Shown here one piece after another: positions 1-9,294 of a DNA stretch of 64,000 nucleotides; position 1 is the stretch's first letter; every line of letters begins with the position of its first letter. The notes below the pieces were generated by a model that did no database searches, had not been told where the DNA came from, and saw only the letters and a list, made by a program, of their open reading frames with translations. A program made the position numbers and the translations under genes. The DNA is from a bacterium (GTDB taxonomy: Bacteria; SZUA-182; DTGQ01; JBLIRR01), in NCBI GenBank assembly GCA_049472395.1, contig JBLIRR010000037.1, forward strand, positions 20 to 64,019, in the 5' to 3' direction.

Positions 1-988
1 TAGGGCTTATGTCGACAATATCTTTATTGTCTTTCAGGTCTAGCAATCTAAGTTTGGTTAGATTTCCCAAACGGCTTAAATCACTAAGCCCATTGCCTCG
101 AAGAAATAATGATTCCAAATTAGGATCTTCGAATGCGGGGATCTCGCTTATGCCAGTATTCTCAAGATCTAACCACCTCAGACTATTCAGACTTTCTAAA
201 GCGGTGACATCAGCTAGGTTATTTTGAGATAGATCTAGTTCAATAAGATTTTCTAGATCCCTTAGAGGAGCTATATCTGTAATTGTATTGCCCCCAAGGA
301 ATAATGATTCCAAGGAATAAGAATAATCGAACGAGGGGATCTCGCTTATGCCGGTATTCTCAAGGTCTAGCCACTTTAGTTTTTTTAAACTGCCTAAGGT
401 GCTTATACACTCTATGATTTTATTTTGAGAAAGATCTAGCATAATAAGATTCTCAAGGTCCCTCAAATTATTCAAATTACTTATCTTGTTATTCTGAAGG
501 AAAAGAGATTCCAAATTTGAATCTTCGAATGAGGGGAGCTCGCTTATTTGGTTAGCTCCAAGGTCTAGCTGCCTTAAATCTCTTAAACTTTCTAAAGAGC
601 TTATCTCCTCTATATTATTCTCAGAAAGATCAAGCTCTTTTAGGTTTGTGAGCTCTGCCAAAGGACTTATATTATTAATGTTGTTTGCTCTAAGATTCAG
701 ACTTTCCAAATTAGTAAAATAATTGATACCATCAAGGTTCTCAATTTCTCGATTATGTGCATTAAGAGTGACAAGATCAAGAGCTTTTTCTATTGTTATG
801 GCTTCAGTATCATCTAACCTTAAAGCCTTACGGATTTCCGCATCAAGCCTGGGATCCTCAATAGTAATAATTAAAGCCGTTTGTGTATCACCATCCCTCT
901 TCCCCCCGCATCCAGAAAAGATAAATGAAATCCAAACTAGCAAAAATAGTAACTTACACGCATTAAATATAAGACTTCTCGTAGCCAT
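1..988 (-). CDS. Leucine-rich-repeat (LRR) lipoprotein, 5' part only; gene continues beyond window start
   Basis: The minus-strand translation from the ATG at 988 gives MATRSLIFNACKLLFLLVWISFIFSGCGG, a signal peptide with a lipobox Cys. It is followed by about 13 tandem 22-aa repeats of the form LxxLxxLxxLDLSxNxIxDIS, which is an LRR consensus. The plus-strand ORFs 9..227 and 723..1040 are antisense to it. Confidence 0.75.
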   Translation of the reverse strand, partial: MATRSLIFNACKLLFLLVWISFIFSGCGGKRDGDTQTALIITIEDPRLDAEIRKALRLDDTEAITIEKALDLVTLNAHNREIENLDGINYFTNLESLNLRANNINNISPLAELTNLKELDLSENNIEEISSLESLRDLRQLDLGANQISELPSFEDSNLESLFLQNNKISNLNNLRDLENLIMLDLSQNKIIECISTLGSLKKLKWLDLENTGISEIPSFDYSYSLESLFLGGNTITDIAPLRDLENLIELDLSQNNLADVTALESLNSLRWLDLENTGISEIPAFEDPNLESLFLRGNGLSDLSRLGNLTKLRLLDLKDNKDIVDISP

Positions 989-1298
989 AATAGACCCTTT
1001 ATTGTTTTTAAGAATGATTTTATTTATCACAAATTTATAAATTCTTCTTGAAATATTCTACACCAATTACTGGCAATCTGTCAAAAACAAGCGTTATGGC
1101 AATAATTCTCAATTGAAGAATTCGCTTTCTGAGCCATTGAAAAAATAATCATAACTTTGCAATAATTGTTGATATTTATTTCTTGTGTATCCTGTTATCC
1201 TGTCAAATATTTTTTTAAAAAAATAACCTAAATTTAAAAGAGAAAATGTCCGACATAATTAATATATATTCATTTAACCTTAACCGGAGATTTTAATT

Positions 1299-2231
1299 AT
1301 GAAAAAGATAAATAGTATTGCTTGCATTTTTGTAATGATGGGAATGTTACTTGGTGTGACAAGCGTGAGAGCGGAGGTAGGAATAAGTGGTTTTGCCGAC
1401 ATGACATTTGTATTGTCGGATGGTGCAGCTGAGAATGAGAGTCAGATTGAAAATAAATTTAGCACCATTGCTGAACTTAATGTCATTACAAAAATAGATA
1501 ATCAATTAAGCGCTCGTTTAGATTTGGATTTAAACACAGGTGGTCAAGGCGATTCCGGTCAGTTGGAGCAAGCCTATTTTATTTGGACGTCAAGTAAAGA
1601 TATCCAGTTTAAAGGTGGTGTATTTAACAACCATTTAGGCTGGGAAGCGGAAGATGCGCCGAGCATGTATCAAATTACCCATGGCCAATTATACGATATT
1701 TGGAATATTCAAACCAGCCTCAGGGGTAATAATGTCACAGGTATAGCTATATCAGGATATGTTGACAAGGCAAGGCTAATGGGGGCTTTTTTAAATGATT
1801 TGCAGGATACGAATGAGGAGAATTCAATTGAGTTTGTGGTAAATATATACCCGAATCAATTCCTAGACATTGAAGCGGGTGTAGTAACGCAGGAAACTGG
1901 TGCTGAGACAATCATTGATGGCAGCGTAACTTATAAAAAGGGACAGATCACGGCGGGTGTCGAATTAATGCAGTGCAGTAAGGTAATTGACTTCGCGCAA
2001 AGCGCAACGCTTAATTATGAATTCAACAAAGATATGAATGGGACTGTGCGCTTTGATTCAGTTAATTATGAAGATGAACAAATAGAGGAAACAACATCAT
2101 TGACGTTCGCAATAGGCTACAGGTTCCATAAGAATTTGTCCGTTAATGGTGAAATAAGAATAAATAATGATGATAACAACGCTGATAATGACGGAAATAT
2201 AATTCGTGCTGAAGTAGTCGCAACGTTTTAA
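1299..2231 (+). CDS. Outer-membrane beta-barrel (porin-like) protein
   Basis: N-terminal signal peptide (MKKINSIACIFVMMGMLLGVTSVRA). Alternating amphipathic beta-strand pattern, Asn/Asp/Gly-rich loops, and a C-terminal ...VVATF ending in Phe as in OMPs. GGAG 10 nt upstream of the ATG. Confidence 0.6.
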   Translation: MKKINSIACIFVMMGMLLGVTSVRAEVGISGFADMTFVLSDGAAENESQIENKFSTIAELNVITKIDNQLSARLDLDLNTGGQGDSGQLEQAYFIWTSSKDIQFKGGVFNNHLGWEAEDAPSMYQITHGQLYDIWNIQTSLRGNNVTGIAISGYVDKARLMGAFLNDLQDTNEENSIEFVVNIYPNQFLDIEAGVVTQETGAETIIDGSVTYKKGQITAGVELMQCSKVIDFAQSATLNYEFNKDMNGTVRFDSVNYEDEQIEETTSLTFAIGYRFHKNLSVNGEIRINNDDNNADNDGNIIRAEVVATF

Positions 2232-2251
2232 ATATGAATATTAATTTATTT

Positions 2252-2545
2252 TCAATCTTTATCTTCTGACGGACTAATTTCGGATATCACATCCCGTAAT
2301 TGAGCACGAATTCTTCCAGCGGATACCGCCATGACTATAGAGAGGATCGTGCCTATTTCATCCTTTGTAATGGTAATCTTTTTTTCCTTGGCAACGCCAA
2401 GGAAGTGGCGCATTCAAACCTTGCAACCAAAAGCCATTGCAGTAGCCATTTGAATCAAAAGTGTTGTCTTTTGATCGAAACATTTATTATGACCTATTGA
2501 TTTGGAAAATTCTGTAAAAAGTTTATCCTGTTCTTCTGGTAGCAT
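2252..2545 (-). CDS. Carboxymuconolactone-decarboxylase (CMD)/AhpD-family protein, candidate selenoprotein with in-frame UGA (Sec) at 2414..2416
   Basis: ORF with a strong RBS (AAAGGAG 7 nt upstream of the ATG at 2545). Translation is MLPEEQDKLFTEFSKSIGHNKCFDQKTTLLIQMATAMAFGCKV[TGA]MRHFLGVAKEKKITITKDEIGTILSIVMAVSAGRIRAQLRDVISEISPSEDKD. The TGA sits exactly where CMD/AhpD proteins carry the second Cys of the CxxC...H redox motif, which here reads CKVUxxH. It is missed by the ORF track because of the internal TGA. Confidence 0.55.
2386..2402 (-). promoter_or_regulatory. SECIS-like stem-loop 12 nt downstream of the in-frame UGA
   Basis: On the mRNA strand the sequence is UGA-AUGCGCCACUUC-CCUUGGC-GUU-GCCAAGG. 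This is a perfect 7-bp stem with a G/U-containing apical loop at the spacing expected for a bacterial SECIS. Confidence 0.4.
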
Positions 2546-2655
2546 ATATATCTCCTTTTATTCCCATTATTTCTCCTATTGGAGCATGAGCCGAACCAAT
2601 AGCTCCTGTTGCTCCATTAACCAAAACCATTGGGATATCCGAAAGGAATTTCTTT

Positions 2656-3924
2656 TCAGTTGTCATGAGATTCAAATGAATCAGCTTCGGTCAAGTAGGT
2701 AATTCTCTCCAGCAAGGGTGGATGTGAATAATTAAACCAGACATTCAAGCGATGGGGGGTGAGATTGGACAGATTATCCTTAGCCATTTTCTTAAGGGCC
2801 AGCGTCAAAGGCTCTGCATTCTTCATTAATGTGAAGGCATACATGTCAGCCTCCCATTCAAATTTGCGCGAAATTGCCATCATCAAAGGAGAGAGAAAAT
2901 AACCTATGGGTCCCCATAACACTCCCAATAAGAAAAGCCCCACATAAGGGGAAAGAGCTGAAAACCCGAAACTAAAATACATCAGATCCCATGCTATTAA
3001 TTTAGATGCCACATAAAAAAACAGCAAAGAGATAATACTAAAGAGAGCAAGATGCTTTTTGATATGATTTTTTTTAAGGTGCCCTATTTCATGAGCCAGA
3101 ACACCGAGGATTTCATCCTCGCTATGGGACTGGAGCAAAGAGTCGAATAACACAATCCTTTTTGCTTTACCAAGCCCTGATAAATACGCATTAGTATGCC
3201 GGCTCCTTTTTGAGGCATCCATCTGATAGATACCCCGAATCGTCAGTCCTTCCCTGTGAGCAAGTTGCTCTATCCTCCTCTTTAAGTCTGATTCCTCAAG
3301 GGGACTGAATTTATTAAATAGTGGCGCAATAATCGTTGGATACAGAACAGTCATAAGCAATTGAAACCCCAAAACAACCGCCCATGTCCAAATCCACCAA
3401 AATTTACCTGCATAGTGGAGCAACAGCAAGAGTGCAGAAAGGAGAAGACCTCCAAGAATAATTATCACAAGTATAGACTTTACCACATCAGATAACCATA
3501 TTTTAAAGGTTTTGGTATTAAAGCCATACCGCTCTTCAAGAACAAAGCTGTGATAAAGATCAAAGGGCATGTCTACAAGGGCCATCACAAATGATGGGCC
3601 GGAAAAGAAGAGAAGGCCGCCTGCTAAATAATTGAAATGACCCACTTTCTGAGCGAACCAGGGGAGTATCCCTGAAAGAATAATAAAAAGAAAAAAAATT
3701 TTCCCACTACTCGTCTGAAAGAACGAAAAATGGATCTTATCAAGAGTGTATTTTCTGATTTTTTGCAATTCATCCGCATCAATCATTCCCTTAAACGCAT
3801 CAGGGACCTCTTTCCCGAATTTTCTTAAATAGTTCGCATTCAGTTTATCTATTGTGACGTCAAATAAAAAGCTGGCAATATAAAGAGCGCAATAAGCGAG
3901 CAACAGTCCATTTAGAGTTATCAT
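2656..3924 (-). CDS. M48 family zinc metalloprotease (Ste24/HtpX-like, CAAX-protease-type topology)
   Basis: HEIGH (HExxH) motif in LAHEIGHLKKNH. Multi-TM N-terminal half and 422 aa length are typical of Ste24-like M48A peptidases. Confidence 0.8.
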   Translation of the reverse strand: MITLNGLLLAYCALYIASFLFDVTIDKLNANYLRKFGKEVPDAFKGMIDADELQKIRKYTLDKIHFSFFQTSSGKIFFLFIILSGILPWFAQKVGHFNYLAGGLLFFSGPSFVMALVDMPFDLYHSFVLEERYGFNTKTFKIWLSDVVKSILVIIILGGLLLSALLLLLHYAGKFWWIWTWAVVLGFQLLMTVLYPTIIAPLFNKFSPLEESDLKRRIEQLAHREGLTIRGIYQMDASKRSRHTNAYLSGLGKAKRIVLFDSLLQSHSEDEILGVLAHEIGHLKKNHIKKHLALFSIISLLFFYVASKLIAWDLMYFSFGFSALSPYVGLFLLGVLWGPIGYFLSPLMMAISRKFEWEADMYAFTLMKNAEPLTLALKKMAKDNLSNLTPHRLNVWFNYSHPPLLERITYLTEADSFESHDN

Positions 3925-4199
3925 GCAACAATCCCTTTAATAAATCAAAACTAAAATTAGATAATTCTTATTTAGGATATTATTCTACCATATATTTTAA
4001 TAGGCATACAATCATCCAGCAATCTAATTTTGACTTTTGTATTCCTCCCTTATGTTATATGCATAAAATGAGAACCTTTACACAATTGTAACTAAAAAAT
4101 TACAGTTGTGTAATTAGATTTAAAGTAAAAAGATACCGATAAATAGATAAGCTAGAAAAATAAATGGGCGTGCGTTTAATAAGTGTAGTGAGTGCATTA

Positions 4200-4215
4200 T
4201 GGCACTGAAAATGCT
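4200..4215 (+). promoter_or_regulatory. Possible sigma-54 (-24/-12) promoter upstream of the exbB cluster
   Basis: TGGCAC-tgaaaa-TGC has the GG and GC elements at the exact consensus spacing of TGGCAC-N5-TTGC, with one mismatch in the -12 box. It lies about 65 nt upstream of the exbB ATG. Confidence 0.3.
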
Positions 4216-4278
4216 GTAATTTGAAGAACTACTTTTCTGAAAAATTGTGTAAGGTACTATCAAATAAGGAGGGGGTAT

Positions 4279-4920
4279 ATGTTTTCTTTATTAAAAAATG
4301 GGGGGTTTTTCATGTATATCATTCTGGCGGTTTCCATTGTCGCGCTGACTTTATTTTGTGAACGTATTCTATTTCTTTATGTGCGCCTTAAACTCAATAC
4401 GGACAAAGCATTACAAAAAATCCTGTTTTTCCTTGAAAAGCTGAATTATCGGGCAGCAATAGAGGAATGTACAAAGATAGAAAAACATCCTCTCGGCAGA
4501 ATCTTAAAGGCAGGGCTTTTAAAATCGGATAAAAAGGACAAAGAGATTGAACGTGCAATGGAAGAGAAGATTTTGAGGGAAATTCCTTTAATAAAGACAA
4601 GAATCAATTATTTGGCTCTTTTTGCCAATATTTCAACACTTTTGGGGCTATTAGGAACGATTATGGGTCTGATTACCGCCTTTCAAGGGGTAAGCAGTGC
4701 CAGCGCCGCCATGAAGCAGGAAATATTGGCAAGCGGTATATCAGTAGCAATGCTTACTACTGCTTTTGGTTTAATTGTTGCCATACCCTGTCTCATAGGC
4801 TATTACATCCTCAATAATAGAGGGGATTATCTAATCGACCAATTTGAGGAGAAGGCCCTCAGTCTCTTTAATATGCTCTCATCCTTAAAGAGAGAAAAAG
4901 GAGCGTTATGTCAAGATTAG
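4279..4920 (+). CDS. exbB: MotA/TolQ/ExbB-family proton-channel protein
   Basis: Three TM helices. Conserved TolQ/ExbB C-terminal block ...LALFANISTLLGLLGTIMGLITAF...AMLTTAFGLIVAIPCLIGYY. Strong RBS AAGGAGGGGG. Confidence 0.85.
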   Translation: MFSLLKNGGFFMYIILAVSIVALTLFCERILFLYVRLKLNTDKALQKILFFLEKLNYRAAIEECTKIEKHPLGRILKAGLLKSDKKDKEIERAMEEKILREIPLIKTRINYLALFANISTLLGLLGTIMGLITAFQGVSSASAAMKQEILASGISVAMLTTAFGLIVAIPCLIGYYILNNRGDYLIDQFEEKALSLFNMLSSLKREKGALCQD

Positions 4921-5411
4921 GAAAGCAACGGTCAAAGGGTATCGAGGAAATTGATATTGATATGGTCCCTATCATGAACATGTTTCTGGTGCTTATTCCG
5001 TTCTTGCTCATGTCTGCTGCTTTCTTTCATCTGAGAGCTATTAATACATCAGTCCCTGTGCTTGCTGAAGGCAAGGAAGGAGCCATTGGAAAAGCAGAAG
5101 AAAAGGTCACTGTGATTGTCGAAATAAAGGAAGATGCCCTTCACTTATCAACCATATCAGACTCAGTAAATGATATTGCGTTAAGTAAATTGGAAACCAG
5201 AATAGTCAAAGAAAAAGAGGATGAATATCCCCTCGACAAAATGGTTTTATGCCTCAGGAAAATCAAGGAAAGTTATCCGGCAAGCGATACGCTTATTTTA
5301 ATCCCTGACGGAATAGTACTCTATGAAACCATTATTCAAACAATGGATGTGGCTCGACAAACTGAAGAGGGACCTCTTTTCCCTAATGTAGTAATTTCAG
5401 GAAAAGTATAA
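4908..5411 (+). CDS. exbD: ExbD/TolR-family biopolymer transport protein (first of two)
   Basis: N-terminal block IDIDMVPIMNMFLVLIPFLL is the ExbD/TolR signature (single TM, conserved Asp). Overlaps the exbB stop, indicating an operon. Confidence 0.8.
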   Translation: MSRLGKQRSKGIEEIDIDMVPIMNMFLVLIPFLLMSAAFFHLRAINTSVPVLAEGKEGAIGKAEEKVTVIVEIKEDALHLSTISDSVNDIALSKLETRIVKEKEDEYPLDKMVLCLRKIKESYPASDTLILIPDGIVLYETIIQTMDVARQTEEGPLFPNVVISGKV

Positions 5412-5425
5412 AAGGAGTAACGCAC

Positions 5426-5911
5426 ATGGCACTTGGCAAGTTAAGGAAACGAAGGCAATTCGTGGCGCCTAAGCTTCAGATTACCTCAATGATGGATATG
5501 TTTACTATCATATTGATATTCCTCCTGTTCTCTTTCTCAAATAGGCCAGAAAGCATTCAATTTAATAAAGATTTAAAATTGCCCGAATCAGAAGCGAAAA
5601 TGGATTACAAGGACAATATAAAACTCATCCTCTCACGCTCGACTCTTCAATTGGAAAATAAAGTTGTTGCTGAAATAAAAGAGGGCAAAATTATAGGACT
5701 TAATCCGAGAAAGCTCAAGCAATCCAATCTCTATAGAGAACTCAAAGCCTATAGAAAGCAGGCAGATGCGTCAAACACTGATAAGGAGAGCAAAGAGGCG
5801 ATTTTATTTCTCTGCGATAAACGCCTCCCTTTTAAAACAATAAATAATATAGTCAAAACAGCAGCTATGGCAGGATTCCCTAATTTTCAATTTGGAGTAT
5901 TGAAAAAATGA
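5426..5911 (+). CDS. exbD: ExbD/TolR-family protein (second paralog)
   Basis: QITSMMDMFTIILIFLLF is the ExbD/TolR TM signature. The arrangement of one ExbB with two ExbD mirrors AglR/AglQ/AglS-type motors. Confidence 0.75.
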   Translation: MALGKLRKRRQFVAPKLQITSMMDMFTIILIFLLFSFSNRPESIQFNKDLKLPESEAKMDYKDNIKLILSRSTLQLENKVVAEIKEGKIIGLNPRKLKQSNLYRELKAYRKQADASNTDKESKEAILFLCDKRLPFKTINNIVKTAAMAGFPNFQFGVLKK

Positions 5912-6219
5912 AGTATGTAATTATTACCCTAATATTTATGTGTGCTGTGCAGTTTCCCCTGACATACACTGGAATACACTATGGTTCTGCATATGCGAAG
6001 AGTCAAAAACAGCAGAACACAAGCGAGAAGAATTTGCTCAATCGGATTGATTTTGGCAATTCATACATTATCGGACAAACGATAAAATCAGGGGCAGTCT
6101 ATCTTCTGCAAAGGAAAAAAAGTGAGATTAAAAGCATGCTCAAGTATCGCGAAGATTATCGCGAGGAGATTCTGGAAGATTTCTCCATTATTGACATGAA
6201 AATAAAACAAAAAGATTAA
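5908..6219 (+). CDS. Small secreted or membrane-anchored hypothetical protein, translationally coupled to exbD2
   Basis: ATGA start/stop overlap with the preceding gene. N-terminal hydrophobic segment MKYVIITLIFMCAVQFPL. Confidence 0.4.
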   Translation: MKYVIITLIFMCAVQFPLTYTGIHYGSAYAKSQKQQNTSEKNLLNRIDFGNSYIIGQTIKSGAVYLLQRKKSEIKSMLKYREDYREEILEDFSIIDMKIKQKD

Positions 6220-6227
6220 ATAGCATA

Positions 6228-8564
6228 ATGAATCAGGAACCTCAAAAACAGGGTTATGGAAAGCATACAACGGCGGGTCCGGGTATGCCTTCCACGGAAA
6301 GCCGAAGTTATATTACACAAATCTATGTTTTTAAGGATGAAGATTACTTAGGATGGGATTGTTTTGATAAAGAAACAATTTCCATCGGCCAAAGTGGTAA
6401 TGCAGACCTTGTGCTCAGTGGTGAGAATATTGCCGATATCCAAGCTCTTCTCTATTTTAAGGAGGGTCAGATAATCGTATCTGATGAAAGCCGCGATGGG
6501 AAACTCCGCGTAAATGGAAGGTATATCAAGACATTTATGCTGGGTCCCTTGGATTTTATAACTATAGGTCCCTATACCCTAAAAATAAAGATAAAGGAAA
6601 AAGTAGCCTCTGAGGGAGAAGCTCTCCCGATCGAGCAGTATACTCAACATGAGAGAATCTCGTCAAGCAGGATGCCATACAAAGAAGCCTCAATGTTAGA
6701 AGCAGAGGGTCAAAGTATTACTGCACATCCCATTATGGAAGAGTCTCCCCCTTATGATCATGGACCACAACAACATGACACACCAACCACACCATCTGAA
6801 GCCTCCTTTCGAGAGCAACAGGTGCCTATTCCTGATAGTGTGAGCAACGAGTGTCACACGACACCTGCGTGTGAAATTAAGGAGCCAGTAATGGAAACAC
6901 CTGATATGCCTATCTCAGAGCATACGAGTCACACTCCTTGGCAACAGAAACAAGAAATAGTTCCTGAAATACAAAGCAGTGGGCCTATCATACATGAGCC
7001 TGATACACAATGGCCAACATTCTCGGTTATGGAAGAAGACGATGAGGACGAGGATGACGAGGATGATATCGAGGGAGTATTTTCCTTAAGAGGAAAATTC
7101 CTTGATCACAGGAAAAGCGAAGATGGCCCGGTGAAAGGCGAGATAATGCTCGAGGTTGCAAAATTCAGGGGAGACAGGGTCATTGATGTCACCTATTTAC
7201 ATAAAAAGCAGAAGTATTACTGCAGGGTTGAGAAAGGCCGGTTTTGCCTTGCAGAATACAAAAATAGCCACGAGTGCTATTTTTATTTTAATGATCAGTT
7301 TAAAGGGAGCGTTCATAGCAGTACCTCCCCTCAATTAGGCACTGACCAATTATTAAATATTACAAATCTATATAATAGAAGAAAAAATATATACCGGGAC
7401 CTGCTTCCAGATGATGGTGATGCATGCATAAGTGATGGATATTATGAATATTTTTTGCGAAGGGTCACTCAGGGCCAAAGCCCTTATATCCCGGATCCTC
7501 CTAAAATAAAAAATAAATTCCCTAAGATTTTACTTCAATCTGCTCTCTTTCATCTTGCTGTGGTTTTTATAGCCGGTTTTTTAGTCTCACTTCCCAAAAT
7601 GCCGGACCCCAGCCAACCTGAATCACGCTTTGTGAAAATAGATACACGAAAATTATCTGAGATTAAAAAACAACCACCACCCATCAAAAAGCCGAAAAAA
7701 AGGACTGAGGTAAAAACAGCATCAAAGAAGGTGAAGACAGCACCAAAGAAGGTGAAGACAGCCCGGAAGAAGATAAAGACACAACCAAAGCCTCAAAAAA
7801 GCGCTTCCCTTAAACTACGACCGAAAACAAATCAACCACGATCGAGAACAAGAAAGGGAAGGATCTCCCGATCACCCCGTGCCGGAGGAGGAAGCGGCAA
7901 AGGAGGGAATGTCCTCAATCGTAATGTGAATCAGGTAGGGCTTTTGGGGGCTATTGGTATGAGCGATGGAGTGGGCATAAAAGCAAAAGAAGCACTCGCT
8001 GCAGTGACGAATCTTGATGCGGTAAAATCCTCCCATGCGAGTGAGGGAACTCTCAAGGTTGGCGGTATTGTGGGCAAACTAGGAAACGGCCAGATTGAAA
8101 TACCGAAGGCTGGCCTTGTGTCAACAAAGGGTTCGTCACAGGCCCTCAGAAGTGCCGGTGTGAAAGGAAAAGGGAGTGTTGCGGCCCTCGCAAAAGGAAG
8201 GACAGGACAAAAACAAGTAAAGGGCATGGTGAGTGCAAAACTTAATAGATCAGTGAATATACAGGGCGGAGGGATGAGCCGTGAAGCGGTGAAAAGGATC
8301 ATTGATCAGCATCTTGACGAAATAAGTTATTGCTATGAAAGCGCGTTGATTGCCGATCCCTCTATTATGGGAAAAATAGTATATGAATGGAAAATCTTAC
8401 TCTCGGGAAAAGTGGGAGAGATACGAATCAAAACCTCCTCGATTAAATCAAGCGACATCCATTCATGTATCAAGCAAGCGATAAAAAGCTGGCAGTTTCC
8501 AAAACCTAGAGGCTCGGAAGTCATTGTTTCATATCCGTTTATTTTCGATATCGTAGGATTTTAA
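6228..8564 (+). CDS. FHA-domain / single-TM / Lys-Pro-rich / TonB-C-like (AgmX-PglI-type C-terminal domain) energy-transducer-like protein
   Basis: Residues 40-120 have the FHA fold pattern (...ISIGQSGNADLVLSG...VSDESRDGKLRVNGRYI...). These are followed by an acidic run DEDEDDEDD, one TM helix ILLQSALFHLAVVFIAGFLVSL, and a Pro/Lys-rich periplasmic spacer with KKVKTAPKKVKTARKKIKT repeats. The C-terminal about 90 aa (EAVKRIIDQHLDEISYCYE...GKVGEIRIKTSS...IKQAIKSWQFPKP...VSYPFIFD) has the layout of a TonB-C/AgmX-PglI-type domain. Confidence 0.7.
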   Translation: MNQEPQKQGYGKHTTAGPGMPSTESRSYITQIYVFKDEDYLGWDCFDKETISIGQSGNADLVLSGENIADIQALLYFKEGQIIVSDESRDGKLRVNGRYIKTFMLGPLDFITIGPYTLKIKIKEKVASEGEALPIEQYTQHERISSSRMPYKEASMLEAEGQSITAHPIMEESPPYDHGPQQHDTPTTPSEASFREQQVPIPDSVSNECHTTPACEIKEPVMETPDMPISEHTSHTPWQQKQEIVPEIQSSGPIIHEPDTQWPTFSVMEEDDEDEDDEDDIEGVFSLRGKFLDHRKSEDGPVKGEIMLEVAKFRGDRVIDVTYLHKKQKYYCRVEKGRFCLAEYKNSHECYFYFNDQFKGSVHSSTSPQLGTDQLLNITNLYNRRKNIYRDLLPDDGDACISDGYYEYFLRRVTQGQSPYIPDPPKIKNKFPKILLQSALFHLAVVFIAGFLVSLPKMPDPSQPESRFVKIDTRKLSEIKKQPPPIKKPKKRTEVKTASKKVKTAPKKVKTARKKIKTQPKPQKSASLKLRPKTNQPRSRTRKGRISRSPRAGGGSGKGGNVLNRNVNQVGLLGAIGMSDGVGIKAKEALAAVTNLDAVKSSHASEGTLKVGGIVGKLGNGQIEIPKAGLVSTKGSSQALRSAGVKGKGSVAALAKGRTGQKQVKGMVSAKLNRSVNIQGGGMSREAVKRIIDQHLDEISYCYESALIADPSIMGKIVYEWKILLSGKVGEIRIKTSSIKSSDIHSCIKQAIKSWQFPKPRGSEVIVSYPFIFDIVGF

Positions 8565-8577
8565 GGAGTATGTAGTT

Positions 8578-9294
8578 ATGAAAAAATGGTGCATGTTTTA
8601 TATTATTATCATATTGCTTTTCATTACTGCTGTCAGAGGTTATGCAGCCGAGGATGCGGATAAGGATGAGCGCGTCTATGCTATACAAAATAAAGTCTTT
8701 CATCGCTATCATGAATTCGGCATAACCGCGGGCTACATTCCTGATGATGACTTTTTTGAGCTTTTTCCACTGGGTATTAATTACATTTTTCATTTTAATG
8801 ACCATTTTGCATGGGAAGTCGCCCGGGGTTATCTGGTAATGAAAGAAGAGAAGGATATTAAAAAGGACCTTGAAAAAGAATTTGGAGTCACACCATCAGA
8901 ATTCAGCAAGCCGAAATATATTGTCCACAGCCATCTTGTGTGGAAGCCTATGTATGGGAAAGACTCCATACTGAATAAGGGCGTTGTCAATCATGAGAGT
9001 TATTTTTACTTTGGAGGAGGGATGATAAGCTACGAGAGGCTTACGCTGCCTGGTGTGGATAATGCGCTCTCCCTGAGCGCCGGTTTTGGTATACGATATT
9101 TTATAAATAAATATACATGTATAAATTTTGAAATCCGTGACCTGGTTAACTTTAAGGAAGATGATACGGAAAATAATCTCTGGTGTGCCCTCTGTTTGGG
9201 ATTCCGTTTTAATTTGAGAGCACGAAAACCGGAAGATAATCCCACAATAAAGATATTAAACCACTATTTAAGAGAAGATGAAAATGAGAATTAA
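8578..9294 (+). CDS. Outer-membrane beta-barrel-like protein
   Basis: Signal peptide MKKWCMFYIIIILLFITAVRGYA. Alternating aromatic/hydrophobic strands (...LSLSAGFGIRYFI...LCLGFRFNL). Confidence 0.5.
   Translation: MKKWCMFYIIIILLFITAVRGYAAEDADKDERVYAIQNKVFHRYHEFGITAGYIPDDDFFELFPLGINYIFHFNDHFAWEVARGYLVMKEEKDIKKDLEKEFGVTPSEFSKPKYIVHSHLVWKPMYGKDSILNKGVVNHESYFYFGGGMISYERLTLPGVDNALSLSAGFGIRYFINKYTCINFEIRDLVNFKEDDTENNLWCALCLGFRFNLRARKPEDNPTIKILNHYLREDENEN

Noticed and set aside
9-1040. Plus-strand ORFs 9..227 and 723..1040
   Set aside because: Low-complexity translations are antisense to a clearly periodic LRR protein on the minus strand.
2414-2416. Reading the in-frame TGA in the CMD gene as a pseudogene nonsense mutation
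   Set aside because: It is kept as an alternative but not preferred. The TGA falls exactly on a conserved redox Cys position of a known selenoprotein family, both halves are intact, and there is a hairpin downstream.
2519-2666. 49-aa minus-strand ORF MTTEKKFLSDIPMVLVNGATGAIGSAHAP...
   Set aside because: It has no RBS, overlaps the 3' end of the M48 gene, and sits in a different frame from the well-supported CMD start, so it is probably spurious.
2300-2702. Plus-strand ORFs 2300..2500 and 2502..2702
   Set aside because: They are antisense to the CMD-family candidate selenoprotein and have Cys/Ser-rich nonsense composition.
7156-8524. Small ORFs 7156..7338 (+), 7931..8302 (-) and 8333..8524 (-)
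   Set aside because: They are nested within or antisense to the FHA-TonB-like gene.
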